Of a stretch of DNA of 64,000 nt, positions 1-11,880 are shown in pieces (within the stretch, counting starts at the first letter, position 1; each line of letters begins with the position of its first letter). Source of the stretch: Eledone cirrhosa (Eukaryota); contig OZ024743.1 in the NCBI GenBank assembly GCA_964016885.1, forward strand, positions 119,536,001-119,600,000, given 5' to 3'. The translations under genes were made by a program, and so were the position numbers. Under the pieces are notes generated by a model. The model made no database searches and had not been told where the DNA came from. It saw only the letters and a program-made list of their open reading frames with translations.

Positions 1-411
1 TATGCATATAAACATATGCATATAAACACATTCCTATGCATGCCTAGACATGCACGAACATCACCACATACATATACACAAAGAAACACAAATATACTTT
101 AGGTATACACTCTTACATATGAACACATATACAAAACGATGCCAAACTCCTATACACACGACCCAAATCGATTTCGATGCTTCACACTTAAATACCACGC
201 ACATACTAAAACAAACCTATATCACACAAACACACATACGTACATGTCATCTCTCACCTACACACATATACAACCACTCCAACAGAAACGTATACAGCCG
301 CACCTTATACACTCATTCCCATAATATACAAAACACCATTGATTGACATATAATGGGAAGTTCGTTTTTGTTTAGTTTTTAATGTTTTTGACCTTGCCCT
401 GGATGTGTGCT

Positions 412-414
<3 letters not shown>

Positions 415-476
<62 letters not shown>

Positions 477-565
477 CACACACACACACACACACTTACA
501 TACACACACACACACTCACGTACACACGCACACACACACACGCGCGCACACACACGCACACACAC
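415..565. repeat. (CA)n microsatellite
   Basis: Direct dinucleotide run; explains the overlapping TH/CV ORFs. Confidence 0.95.
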
Positions 566-611
566 ATATATATCATCGTTTAATATATATGTGTGTGTAT
601 ATATATATATA

Positions 612-1174
612 TATTGTTAAACTTGGGGAGGGTCATACTGTTGTAATAAGATTGCCAGAAATAATAACAGAACAGACTCACTGTTTGGTTGGTTTTCGCT
701 TCTGTAGCTTTTATATCTCCACGGTTAATCCATTCGGCCCTCAATGTTTATCATTGACTGACCAACGGTCAAAAATACAGATATAATATAGATATAAACA
801 CATATATATAGTCTAACAAAGTTCTTTCGTTGCACATCTGCAACATCATCAGTGGTACTATTATGTTCCTCCTGTTTGAAAAAATGGCGTAGATACACTA
901 TACACAATACAACAGGAGGAACATAATAGTACCACTAATGATGTTGCAGATGTGCAACGAAAGAAATTTGTTAGACTATATATATGTGTTTATATCTATA
1001 TTATATCTGTATTTTTGACCGTTGGTCAGTCAATGATAAACATTGAGGACCAAATGAATTAACTGTGGAGATATAAAACATACAGAAGCGAAAACCAACC
1101 AAACAGTGAGTGTGTTCTGTTATTATTTCCGGAGATATTATTACAACAATATGACCTCCCCAAGTATAACAATA
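612..1174. mobile_element. Fold-back pLTR-like element, ~265-bp inverted arms with a degenerate hammerhead
   Basis: 612-876 is the near reverse complement of 911-1174; left end abuts (TA)n. Minus arm reads CTGATGA-tgttgca gatg tgcaac-GAAAG AA CTT; plus arm has CTAATGA. Confidence 0.7.
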
Positions 1175-1232
1175 TTTGTTTCGACACACGATTTCATATC
1201 AAAAACCTCACAAAACAAATGTATATATATAT

Positions 1233-1442
1233 ATAGGAACCAGTAAGACCCCGACGGCTGAGCTCAAGCCGTTTCGACGGCTAATTCTGGACTAAAAATT
1301 TTTAGTCCAGAATTAGCCGTCGAAACGGCTTGAGCTCAGCCGTCGGGGTCTTACTGGTTCCTATTACCCACTCTACTACCCTAAGTATTGAGTACTTTGG
1401 TGCGTTATGGTCCACCTGGTTCCTTACCACATTTCCTTCGTT
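1233..1442 (+). mobile_element. Fold-back pLTR fragment, family P (perfect 132-bp palindrome plus 3' tail)
   Basis: 1233-1364 is a perfect palindrome flanked by (TA)n. It contains the HHR 3' half GAAAC-GGCT..AGCC-GTC. Homologous to 38292-38497 and 60997-61143. Confidence 0.75.
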
Positions 1443-1582
1443 ATATATATATATATATATATATATAAAGAATTAATATATCTAGTAACATATATATACA
1501 CAGATGCATACTTATGCTAGCAAATATATAGGTTTTGTCTTAGTAACTTTGTGGTTCAATGCATGGGGATGCAGAACAATAA

Positions 1583-1880
1583 TATGAGAGACGTAAAATA
1601 AGAAAATTATAAAATTAACTTACTAAAATTTCACTCCAACTAATTAGTTTCTGAAAGGGAATAAACATAGTTTCCGAAGAAACGTACGGAGAAGCCCCTC
1701 GTCATCAGGGAAGTCTATTCTCAGCTAAGTTTCCAGGCAATACGTGGACACAGGGAATGATGACGAAGGGCTTCTCCGTACGTTTCTTCGGAAACTATGT
1801 TTATTCCCTTTCAGAAACTAATTAGTTGGAGTGAAATTTTAGTAAGTAAGTTAATTTTATAATTTTCTTGTTTTACGTCC

Positions 1881-1885
<5 letters not shown>
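1583..1885. mobile_element. Fold-back pLTR-like element with hammerhead-like core
   Basis: ~1583-1705 is inverted versus ~1759-1885. Minus arm reads CTGATGA-cgagggg..ttcttcg-GAAAC TAT GTT tattccc. Ends in (TA)n. Confidence 0.65.
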
Positions 1886-1920
<35 letters not shown>

Positions 1921-1922
<2 letters not shown>

Positions 1923-3007
1923 GGCTGCCAACTCGTTTTCGAGTACGGCCACTACTTTATATCCATGTAGGAGAACCCCTACCGATGCGCTAAACGAGTG
2001 TGACTTTTTAGTCCAGCCAGCGACTTGAAAACTCTGGTACAAACACTACACCTGCGAGAATTATTGACACATAGTGCTGGGCCCATGGCACCATGTGACG
2101 ACAAGTGCAGAGAGATCTCCAGATACAAAGCAATGCCTGTGCCGTGAAGCTTTTATATTGAGCAAAGGCACTGCACAAAGCCAGTCCCACTCTCTTAGCC
2201 AAGATGATATTTACCAAAAAGAAGAACAAGTCAACATCATTGGATACCATCAGGGTTGCAGGTGTTATATCAGAGTTTTCCTTCTCCTAGAATTCTGCCT
2301 TGACAAAGACAAAGGGGTCATCTCTCCCGGATATATACATACATACATACATACATACATACATACATACATACATACATACACATATATATATATACAT
2401 GGTGGCTGCCAACTCGTTTTCGAGTACGGCCACTACTTTATATACATGTAGGAGAACCCCTACCGATGCGCTGAACGAATGTGACTTTTTAGTCCAGCCA
2501 GCGACTTGAAAACTCTGGTACAAAACTACACTTTTGACAATTATTGACACATAGTGCTGGGCCCATGGTACCATGTGATGACAAGTGCAGAGAGATCTCC
2601 AGATATAAAGCAATGCCTGTGCCGTGAAGCTTTTATAGTGAGCAAAGGCACTGCACAAAGCCAGTCCCACTCTCTTAACCAAGATGATATTTACCAAAAA
2701 GAATAACAAGTCAACACCATTGGATACCATCAGGGTTGCAGGTGTTATACCAGAGTTTTCCTTCTCCTAGAATTCTCCCTTGACAAAGGCTAAGGGGTCA
2801 TCTCTCCCGGTGATTTTGGATTGCCATTGACTCTTAAGAGCTCATTTGCCCTTTGACAGGTTTTGTTTTTAGTCCTGCAGGATGTCCAAAGTCACCCTCC
2901 TCACCAAGAAACCTTGGTGGGGTTGCCAGTTTAGTCGCCAACGACCCGACCATGAGACAGGTTGTGCTGGGATACATGTTACCAGTAGCACCAACTGGTG
3001 ACCTGAC
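1921..3007 (-). mobile_element. Two tandem copies of an unclassified non-coding repeat (1921-2330 truncated; 2401-3007 longer)
   Basis: The first ~410 bp of both copies are near-identical. Each is bounded by (TA)n or (TACA)n, with a shared left end and a variable right end. Confidence 0.6.
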
Positions 3008-3054
3008 ATAATATATATATATATTCAATACTCTGATAGTTTCCCTTGATATAT

Positions 3055-3113
3055 CATCATCATCATCATCTTCGTTTAACGTCCATTTTCCACGCTAGCA
3101 TGGGTTAGACGGA
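3055..3113 (-). mobile_element. 3' tail of an RTE-type LINE or partner SINE, (GAT)n tail
   Basis: catcatcatc..cgtttaacgtccattttccacgctagcatgggttagacgg resembles the RTE-type 3' ends I recall from cephalopods. Confidence 0.45.
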
Positions 3114-3226
3114 ATGTTGTCCCATATATATATATATATATATGCATATGTATATATACATTAATATTTATATTCAAACCACACTACGGAATTGACTCGC
3201 TCTATAACTTGGATATCTTTACTAAC

Positions 3227-3227
<1 letters not shown>

Positions 3228-3283
<56 letters not shown>

Positions 3284-3290
3284 TTACTAC
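3228..3290. repeat. (TAC)n microsatellite
   Basis: Direct trinucleotide run. Confidence 0.95.
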
Positions 3291-3630
3291 TACACACAGA
3301 AACATGCACACAAACACACACACATACACATACATAAATTCAATAACCCAGAAAGACATACACACACACACATATACACACACATATATAGTAGAGGTGT
3401 ATATGAATGTGTATACGAAGTCTTTCTATGAATGTTTCAAACGGTGATCATATCACAGCAATCTCTTTACCTGTGTGGGAAGGCCAGGCACTAGTGTTTC
3501 AGTATTTTCTTAATCCATCACCAGTAATGTCCACTCACTTGATACTGAGAGAAATGTTTATGCATAATAAATCTCGACATGATGGTTCTAATCTTTGATG
3601 TTTTATACGCAAATAGTATATAATCTATAG

Positions 3631-3816
3631 CAGGCATGTCAAACTGAGGGTCACCCGAAGGCCACATGGGTCATATATGTTGTCTGAGGGCCACACATGA
3701 CAGCTAATTGCGCACATTATGACTAATATTTTTTATTTTATATTACGCTCACGCTGTAAAAACCTTTGTGCGGGTTGCAAGTATGCTTGCAAAGGGCCGC
3801 ATGTTTGACATGCCTG
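3631..3816. mobile_element. hAT-type MITE
   Basis: 14-bp TIR CAGGCATGTCAAAC / GTTTGACATGCCTG with a perfect 8-bp TSD ATCTATAG (3623-3630, 3817-3824). Confidence 0.9.
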
Positions 3817-4039
3817 ATCTATAGCTTATTTTCCTCTTACTACTGAGTGAGTAAATTTTTCACACACCAGTGTCTGGTCTTCTCACACCTCTTCACATAT
3901 GACATTTGTAGCGAGATCTGCATTTGTTAAACATAAACATATTTTATAAGACTTTACATGTGATTTGCACCTAGATTGTTTCCTTTCCGAAGACCAAGTA
4001 CAGCGACGTGTTTTGTAGGTAGACCAGCAGTCTACTTTT

Positions 4040-4228
4040 CATACCAGTCTCCCCACTCCACACCACCTATAATGTCGCAACTCATTTCTACAGCTGCATG
4101 AACCTTGAGCAACGTGAAGATAAACTTTCTTTCTCAAGAACACAACACAGCGCCCGGTCCGTGAATCGAAATCACAACGTGACGATTGGGAATCCGACTT
4201 TCTAACCATTAAGCCACGCACCTTCACA
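4040..4228 (-). mobile_element. tRNA-derived SINE, CORE-like family
   Basis: Minus strand has A box TGGCTTAATGG, B-box-like TTTCGATTCAC, then TGTGTTCTTGAGAAAG. Similar to 45736-46060 and 52380-52705. Confidence 0.7.
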
Positions 4229-4254
4229 CACACACACTAACACACATACATCAG

Positions 4255-4382
4255 CATATAGTTACGGCCTTTTACGGACTGAGTTCAAATCCCGCCGAGG
4301 CTAACTTTGCCTCTCATCCTTACGTGGCTGATAAAATAAAGTACCAGTAATTGCTGGCCTTGTGCCAAAAGTAGAAACAATA
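4255..4382 (+). mobile_element. tRNA-derived SINE family A (5'-truncated)
   Basis: GAGTTCAAATCCCGCCGAGG..CATCCTTACG..GATAAAATAAAGTACCAG..GCTGGCCTTGTGCC..AGAAACAA consensus. Confidence 0.85.
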
Positions 4383-4620
4383 TATATATATATATATGTG
4401 TGTGTCGTGTGTGTGTGTGTGTGTGTGTGTAATAGCTTTATTTTGTTGGGTTTAGTATTGGAATATTCCTATGCATTCAATCTTTACAGTGGTGCGATAC
4501 ACATGCAAGCATGCCGAGTGGTCAATTAAAAGGTTTACATCCCAATCTTGAGGCATCAGCTTGGATCTCACTGCGTTGCAACTTGGACCAGTAACTTTAA
4601 TTATAAAATGCTGGAACCAG

Positions 4621-5098
4621 GACTTGAGGATTAAATTAGTAAAAAAAATATGTATATTATCGCCTCCGTTTTCAGGTGTGCTGGACGAAGTGGGATAATA
4701 TTATTTACTAAGGCTAGGGCGGTGGATTGGCAGTATCGGTGGAGGGTCAGACCACGACTTGAGGATTAAATTAGTAAAAAAAAAATATGTATATTATCGC
4801 CTCCGTTTTCAGGTGTGCTGGACGAAGTGGGATAATATTATTTACTAAGGCAAGGGCGGTGGATTGGCAGTATCGGTGGAGGGTCAGACCACGACTTGAG
4901 GATTAAATTAGTAAAAAACAAAATGTATATTATCCCCTCCGTTTTCAGCTTTGCAGCATAGTTACGTCCCTTTACGATCTGAGTTCAAATCCCGCCGAGG
5001 TTGACTTTGCCTTTCATCCTTACGGGGGTCGATAAAATAAAGCACCAGTAATACACAGAGATAATTGCTGGCCTTGTGCCTAAAGTAGAAACAATTAT
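4621..5098 (+). mobile_element. SINE family A with tandem ~135-bp duplications of flank plus SINE head
   Basis: Units at 4621-4755, 4756-4892 and partial 4893-4948. The SINE body resumes at 4949-5098; TACTAAGGCA is repeated at both SINE ends. Confidence 0.8.
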
Positions 5099-5284
5099 CT
5101 ACTAAGGCACCTGGTGTTGATGCCCTATTCTGACCGGAGTTCAATGCGAAACATAGAACCCCACCCCGCCTAAAAAAAGAAAACAGAACATTTCTCTCAT
5201 TCTCTATATCTATATCTTTATGACTCATCAAAAACAATCAATATATACAGCTGAGTGTTTTGCTATCTTTTGTGGTTATGTAAA

Positions 5285-5381
5285 TAATTGTTTCTACTTT
5301 TGGCACAAGGCCAGCAATTATCCCAGTGCATTACTGGTACTTTATTTTATCGTCCCCGTAAGGATGAAAGGCAAAGTTAAC
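5285..5381 (-). mobile_element. SINE family A, 3' half
   Basis: Reverse complement of the family A consensus. Confidence 0.85.
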
Positions 5382-5720
5382 CTGTGGTTATGTAAATAAT
5401 CAACATCAACAAGAAGAGGAACGGGAACATATGTACGTATTTTTCTGCCTCATGCATATAGAGTGCATCTTCTCCACGGGCAAAAGCACCACTAGAAACT
5501 TTTCTCAACAAGCTTTTGCACTCGTTCACATTTAGCGGCAGCAGACATGCTGATAACTTAACACTTACACTTATAGATGTGTGAGTGTGCGTGTAGTGTG
5601 TGAGTGTGTGTGCATATGTATGTATGTGTGTGTATGTGTGTGTACGCACACACATGCACAGGCACAGAGACACAAACATTTATACGTAAATATACACTTA
5701 CATGCATAAAGGTTTGTAAA

Positions 5721-5816
<96 letters not shown>

Positions 5817-5826
5817 TATGTAGATG

Positions 5827-5865
<39 letters not shown>

Positions 5866-6065
5866 GTTATTCCGGGTTGAATCGGAGGTAACCACAGTAA
5901 GTAAGGTACTCAATACATTGCAGAGTATAAAAGTTTTAATATAGATGAGATTCTACAGGACTAGAACTGTTTCATTCTTTAGAAATCATCAGGAATCTGA
6001 TGAGATTCCTGATGATTTCTAAAGAATGAAACAGTTCTAGTCCTGTAGAATCTCATCTATATTAA

Positions 6066-6068
<3 letters not shown>
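5866..6068. mobile_element. Fold-back pLTR fragment, family Q, in (TA)n
   Basis: 5933-5998 is inverted versus 6003-6068; the left arm has an extra 3' tail. Homologous to 41866-41968. Confidence 0.8.
5999..6057 (+). ncRNA. Type I hammerhead ribozyme (complete)
   Basis: Stem I GATGAGATTC/GAATCTCATC, CTGATGA (6009-6015), stem II TTC..GAA, GAAA, stem III ACAG/CTGT, GUA site at 6047. Confidence 0.85.
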
Positions 6069-6162
<94 letters not shown>

Positions 6163-6165
6163 TTA

Positions 6166-6365
6166 TACTAGCTAAGGTACACGGCTTCACTCGGGAGAAC
6201 AGTTTAGAGAAGATGGATAAAAGAGAAAACGACTGTATTGGATGTGTTGTCTGGTGTGAGGTGAGACCGTAATATGTGTGTGTGTAGTTTTCGCGTGATT
6301 CAACCAACCAATCAACCAGCCAACCAACCAACCAATAAACATCTTTCTTTTATATTATATATAGA
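6166..6365 (-). mobile_element. Non-autonomous Helitron / HINE-like element
   Basis: Minus strand starts TCTATATA, has an internal (GGTT)n, and ends with an imperfect GC hairpin plus CTAG-T. Confidence 0.55.
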
Positions 6366-6905
6366 TATATTATATATAATGGAATCCATCCTTCATCAGG
6401 CCAAAACAGACGCAATTCCTTCTTTCCTGAGAGAAAGAGTAAAGAAAGGGAGAGAGAGAGGGTGGCGAGAGGGTATAACGAGAGAATTTGATTTATCGAT
6501 TTCGGTATGAGACGAAAGTCAAAGTTGAATTCGGTGAGATTTTGTGCAGAGCATTGAGAAACTGAACGAATATCACAAAGCATTCTAACTGACGTTCAAA
6601 CGACTCTGCCAAAAGGTGTTTTTTCTAATCATTCTCACACCAACCTAATTAGTCCTAAACTCTGTGATTCAATTATTTTGTAGTATATAATAAACCCACA
6701 TAGATGCTTTTCACCGGCAATATCAGTTGACTCGTCAAAAGAAAAGAGTTGGCTTTTACTTAGGTCTTCAGTTTATTCTTTCAGCAAAGATAGATAAATA
6801 ATCCACCCAATTTTGTGCCCTTCCACAGAGTTTTTCCGTTCTTGCTTATTTTTTCGAGGATCAATACCGATCCAGCCATGAAATTCGTTCTTCAGTCCTT
6901 TAGAA

Positions 6906-7558
6906 CATTGATTCTCAAAGTGAGCGCTACCACCCCCTGGGGGACGTTGAAAAAGTCCAGAGAAGCGTTGAGGCCAAAAGCGGCGCTAGAGATTATATAA
7001 TAGCATATTAAATATCAAATGATGCATATTATGTATAAATATAGTAAAATATAAAATATATAATTGTTTCTATTTTAGGAACAAGGCCAGCAATTACTCA
7101 GTACATTACTGTTACTTTATTTTATCGACCCCGTAAGGATGAAAGGCAAAGTTACCCTCGGCGGGATTTGAACTCAGATCATAAAGGGACGTAACTCTAT
7201 GCTTCAAAGCATGGTGTCCAACTCTCTACCGATACTGCCAATCCACCGCCCTCAATAATTGTTTCTACTTTAAGCACAAGGCCAGCAATTACGCAGTACA
7301 TTACTGGTACTTTATTTTATCGACCCCGTAAGGATGAAAGGCAAAGTCAACCTCGGCGGGATTTGAATATATAAAATATATAATATTTATTTATACATAG
7401 TATATATTATTTATCATATAAAAATTAACGATTTTATTCATTATATATTATTTACAATTTGCGTGTAGGCAAGTCTCTCTTGAAATATGGTTGGAGGTGC
7501 TGAGGGTATTACGTGACCGTAAGTGGGGCGGTGGCCCCCAAACGTTTGAGAACCTCTG
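6906..7558. mobile_element. hAT (Charlie-like) non-autonomous element with nested SINEs
   Basis: Imperfect TIRs CATTGATTCTCAAAG / GTTTGAGAACCTCTG; 8-bp TSD CTTTAGAA / CTCTAGAA. Confidence 0.7.
7062..7366 (-). mobile_element. Two tandem SINE family A copies (7062-7251 full; 7255-7366 truncated)
   Basis: Reverse-complement match to the family A consensus, including the A/B-box head. Confidence 0.85.
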
Positions 7559-8030
7559 CTCTAGAAGTACAGGATCTAATGTATGTTTTCTATAATAAGA
7601 CGATAATGTTGTTACTATTGTTATTCTTTCGCTACATGTCAGTATTACTCAACCGACCTATGATAAAACACCGTCAGCCGTGAACATATTACCGTTTTAA
7701 TGGTATGTCGAACTAAATAACCTAATGTGTCTTTTCCTATAGGGTGTGACATAAAGGAGATTTGGCTGTACTTTTAGCAGACTAGGCTACCATCTAGAGA
7801 CAACAGTTAGCACGTGCGAGGCATGGTCTGAAGGCAATAAGTGACACAGAGAAAATGAATAGATAGGTGTCAATAGATATCTCTCAAAAAGTACTGATAA
7901 CGATAGCGATGTATGTTTGTATTTGGATTATATTTATAAAGAAGAGAGGCGGCAAGACACGAGCGTTTTGTGTTTTATTGAATAGATATGTATTTCTCTC
8001 TCTCTCTCTATCTATCTCTCTCTCTATCTA

Positions 8031-8139
<109 letters not shown>

Positions 8140-8360
8140 CTCTGTGTGTGTGTATGTGTGTGTGTATAAATATATATTCTTTACATGACCTTTCAACGAG
8201 CATCAAAATAGTTGAATTAAGACGAAAACTAAACTATTAAAGACACACTATACAAAATATAAATTACTCAGTTATAAAAACACGCACCGTTCACAAGTGA
8301 AACACCATACACACACACCCATATATATATATGCGTGTGTGTGTGTGTGTATATATAATA

Positions 8361-8485
<125 letters not shown>

Positions 8486-8519
8486 CCCATATATATACAT
8501 ATACATATATGTATATATG

Positions 8520-8550
<31 letters not shown>

Positions 8551-8554
8551 ATGC

Positions 8555-8588
<34 letters not shown>

Positions 8589-8735
8589 TAAAAAGTAAAT
8601 AGAACAACAAACAGGAAAACGAAGTGGCAGTACAAATGTTATTATTATTGGTTTCACGCATGAGAGTTATATATATATATATATATATATATATGCATAT
8701 GAATCACATACATATACATACATAAATACATTAAT

Positions 8736-8736
<1 letters not shown>

Positions 8737-8822
<86 letters not shown>
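8737..8822. repeat. (TAA)n microsatellite
   Basis: Direct run. Confidence 0.95.
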
Positions 8823-8823
<1 letters not shown>

Positions 8824-9180
8824 TTCACTGCTGAATAGTACGCACAGAAGACATAGTAATGTCAACGGCGCCGTTGTGAATGGTAGTAAATATTAGGTGT
8901 GTACCATATCACCTACACTGTTTATATTATGCTGACCTATGTTCCCCGGGACATCGTCTCGGTCGTCGTCTTTGTCTGAAGTCAAATATCTCTGATTGTT
9001 CGATGTGAGGCAAAGAAAATAATTAGATAAAAGACTTTCTATTCATACTTCAATTTATATATATGCGTGTAAGTGTGTGTGTGAAAGTGAGAAGGTGAAA
9101 ACAATGAGAGGGATAGAAAGAAAGATAAAAATGTAGTATAATCGAGTTTGTATTGTTAATATTATTTTAGTAGCCATTTG

Positions 9181-9482
9181 GGCAGTGGATTGGTTTGTAT
9201 CGGTAAGGCGTCGGACACCATGCTTTGCCGCATAGAGTTAATACCCTTTGCGTTCTGCTTTCAAATTCCGCCGAGGTTAGCTTTGCCGTTCCTCCTTCCG
9301 AAGTCACGAAGTACCAGCCAAGTACTAGGTTCGATATAATCGACATCCCTTACCGCCCGAAACATATCTGGCCTTTTATCCTCACGGGGTCCATAAAATA
9401 AAGCACCAGTAACGTACTAGGGTCGATTTAATCGACCCCCACCTCAAATTGCTGGCCTTGTGCCTAAAGTAGAAACAATCAT
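9181..9482 (+). mobile_element. SINE family A (composite)
   Basis: GGCAGTGGATTGG head, TTCAAATTCC B box, duplicated central/3' domain. Confidence 0.75.
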
Positions 9483-10095
9483 TTTAGTAGTCATTTCCGT
9501 ACAGTACAGATTGGGTTCTTGGTGAAAGCTGAACCGTATATACCTTTGGGTGAACTGTATCTTCGAGTACTTCTTAGCTAGTTAGTTAGAAACTATTGTC
9601 CACTATGTAACATTGGGTGACGAGAGAATTTCATCCAGCATAGTCGCAAGTGCTATCACATCTGCCAAGTCCTCGTTCACAGACATTCACAAGTCTCCTA
9701 CATGTCACATGTGGTTTCCACTCGAGAGAGGCCCTCATCAGTCTCTTCCTAAGCAAGTGAAGCACGTGGCCGATCATCGTGGATTGCTAAATCCGGCTAT
9801 TTTCATGACGGCTTCAGTAGTGAGTTACTGCTTGGAATCATTTAATTTCTTTCATCCCGAACATCGTTGAGAAAAGTATGAACATCACATAATCATGTTT
9901 CTGAATATGCAGGAAATTGTTATTATTGTGATGATCAATAATCTTATTTCTCATTCCTCTCACACATTGGTGACTATTATGGCTTAGAATATGTGTACCA
10001 ACTCTTTACGTCCCAATCAGGTCAACTTTCCTTTAAGCCTTCTTTTGGGATCTATAAAACAAATTGTCAGTCAAGTATTTTGATCGACATAATTC

Positions 10096-10097
<2 letters not shown>

Positions 10098-10126
<29 letters not shown>

Positions 10127-10194
10127 CTTCTTCTTCTTCTTCTTCTTCTTCTTCTTCTTCTTCTTCTTCTTCTTCTTCTTCTTCTTCTTCTTCT
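10098..10194. repeat. (TTC)n microsatellite
   Basis: Direct run. Confidence 0.95.
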
Positions 10195-10289
10195 GGTTTA
10201 ACCATTGAGGTCTAAATAAAAAAATTGTCTTATGTGTGTTTATTTTTTTAAGACAGAATTTTTTAATCCGACTGGATCTCCAAGCTTAT

Positions 10290-10480
10290 GGATCTTATGC
10301 AACCATCTTGCTCGGGATCTACCACTGGGTCTCCTGCCTGTTGGTTTTGCCCGTCAAATCTATCCAACAATTCTTTCTTGAGATATTCTAACCACATGTC
10401 CATAGTATGGGAGCTGTGATTTCTCAATTTGGAGAAGTAGCAGCTCCTCTTGGGGAAACTCTCTGATCTCCATGCTACGT
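10290..10480 (-). mobile_element. RTE-clade LINE fragment
   Basis: Shares CATTCTAACCA..CCATAGTA..GGAGCTGTGAT..CTCAA with the RTE RT fragment at 47150-47632. Confidence 0.5.
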
Positions 10481-10814
10481 AGCCTATCGCACAATGTTAC
10501 TCCAAAAACCTAAAGCAGAAAAAATAAAGAAAGAATTCACTTTCCTTTCGCCCCAAATTGCTGACCTTGTTCGTAAATTAGAAATCATTATTGGCTGAAT
10601 CTTTAGATCACCTGATAAAATGCCTGGTGCTATTTTAGTTTCAGGCTTTCCCCTTTTATATTCAAATACGGTCGACCTCAACATTGACTTTCATATTTCT
10701 GACTTCGATAAAATGATATGCTATTCTAAATCTGTGCATTTAATCGACTAATTATTTCCCTTAATTTTTTTTTTTTTTTTTTTTTGCTATCTTAGAAACA
10801 GTCATTATAAAGGA

Positions 10815-11880
10815 CGCTGGATTGGCAGATTGGTTAGAGCGTCGGGTAAATTACCTTGTAGTATTTAACAGCGGTCCTTTTCGTCATGAATTATTTCCCT
10901 TTCATGTGTCCATGGTCAATAAAATGAAGTACCAAGTAAAGTACTAAGATCCATATCATCGACTGCTTAGACTGTACACATTCGGAGCTTCGTACGAATG
11001 TTAGATATCAGCTATTACTTTGCTCCTCATCATATGTGTTCGAATGCTACGCGTTTTATAACCTCAAAAATGAAACGAAATTGAAGACATAATCCAAATA
11101 AATATTTAGTATAATGATACAAACTCGAGTGTTACGTTTTTGCCACCATTTAGTATAGAAAGAAACTGAAGATATAATGGAATTCTTTAACATACTGAAA
11201 TAGTGCTATTTAGATCTAAAAATATTGCAGCAAAAAAAGTAACATTTGTCGAACAGAATTTTCATGGATCCTGATAATCATTAATATTTGTGTATGCTTG
11301 GTGGGTTGGCAAAAGCATTTGAGCGTCGATCGAAATTCCTGGCAGTATTTCTGTCAATCCTGCACTACGTTCTATGTTTAGATCTCGCTGAGTTCTTTCT
11401 TTTTCTTTTTTTTTTTTTCATCTTTTCGGGGTCGATAAAATTAAGTAACGGGGTCAATATATTCGATTACATTCCAACGTTTTGGCCTTGTTAGAAATAT
11501 TACTTATAATTGTTTGCAATGGTAGTCGATTGGCAGAGCCATTAGAACGTTGGACAAAATACCTTGTGTTATTTAATCGACTTTCCCCTCTCCCCAAATT
11601 GCTGGCCTTGTGCCTATATAAGAAACCATTATTTCTTTCACCGAGGTTAACTTTGCCTTTAATCCTTACGGGGTCGATAAAATAAAGTACCAGTAATGAA
11701 CTGGGTAATTGCTGGCCTTGTGCCTAAAGTAGAAACAAATATTTCTTACAGAATAGAGACTAAAACAGTGAATTAACTTGCTGTATTTGTATCGGTTCAC
11801 TGCGCTCTACCTTCAAATCCTGCCGAGGTCAACTTTAAATTTCATTGATAAATCGGGATCGATAAATAAAGTAACATAAC
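10815..11880 (+). mobile_element. Cluster of degenerate SINE family A copies
   Basis: Repeated GATTGGCAG heads and GGGGTCGATAAAAT..GTACC cores near 10815, 11298, 11520, 11640 and 11790. Confidence 0.65.
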
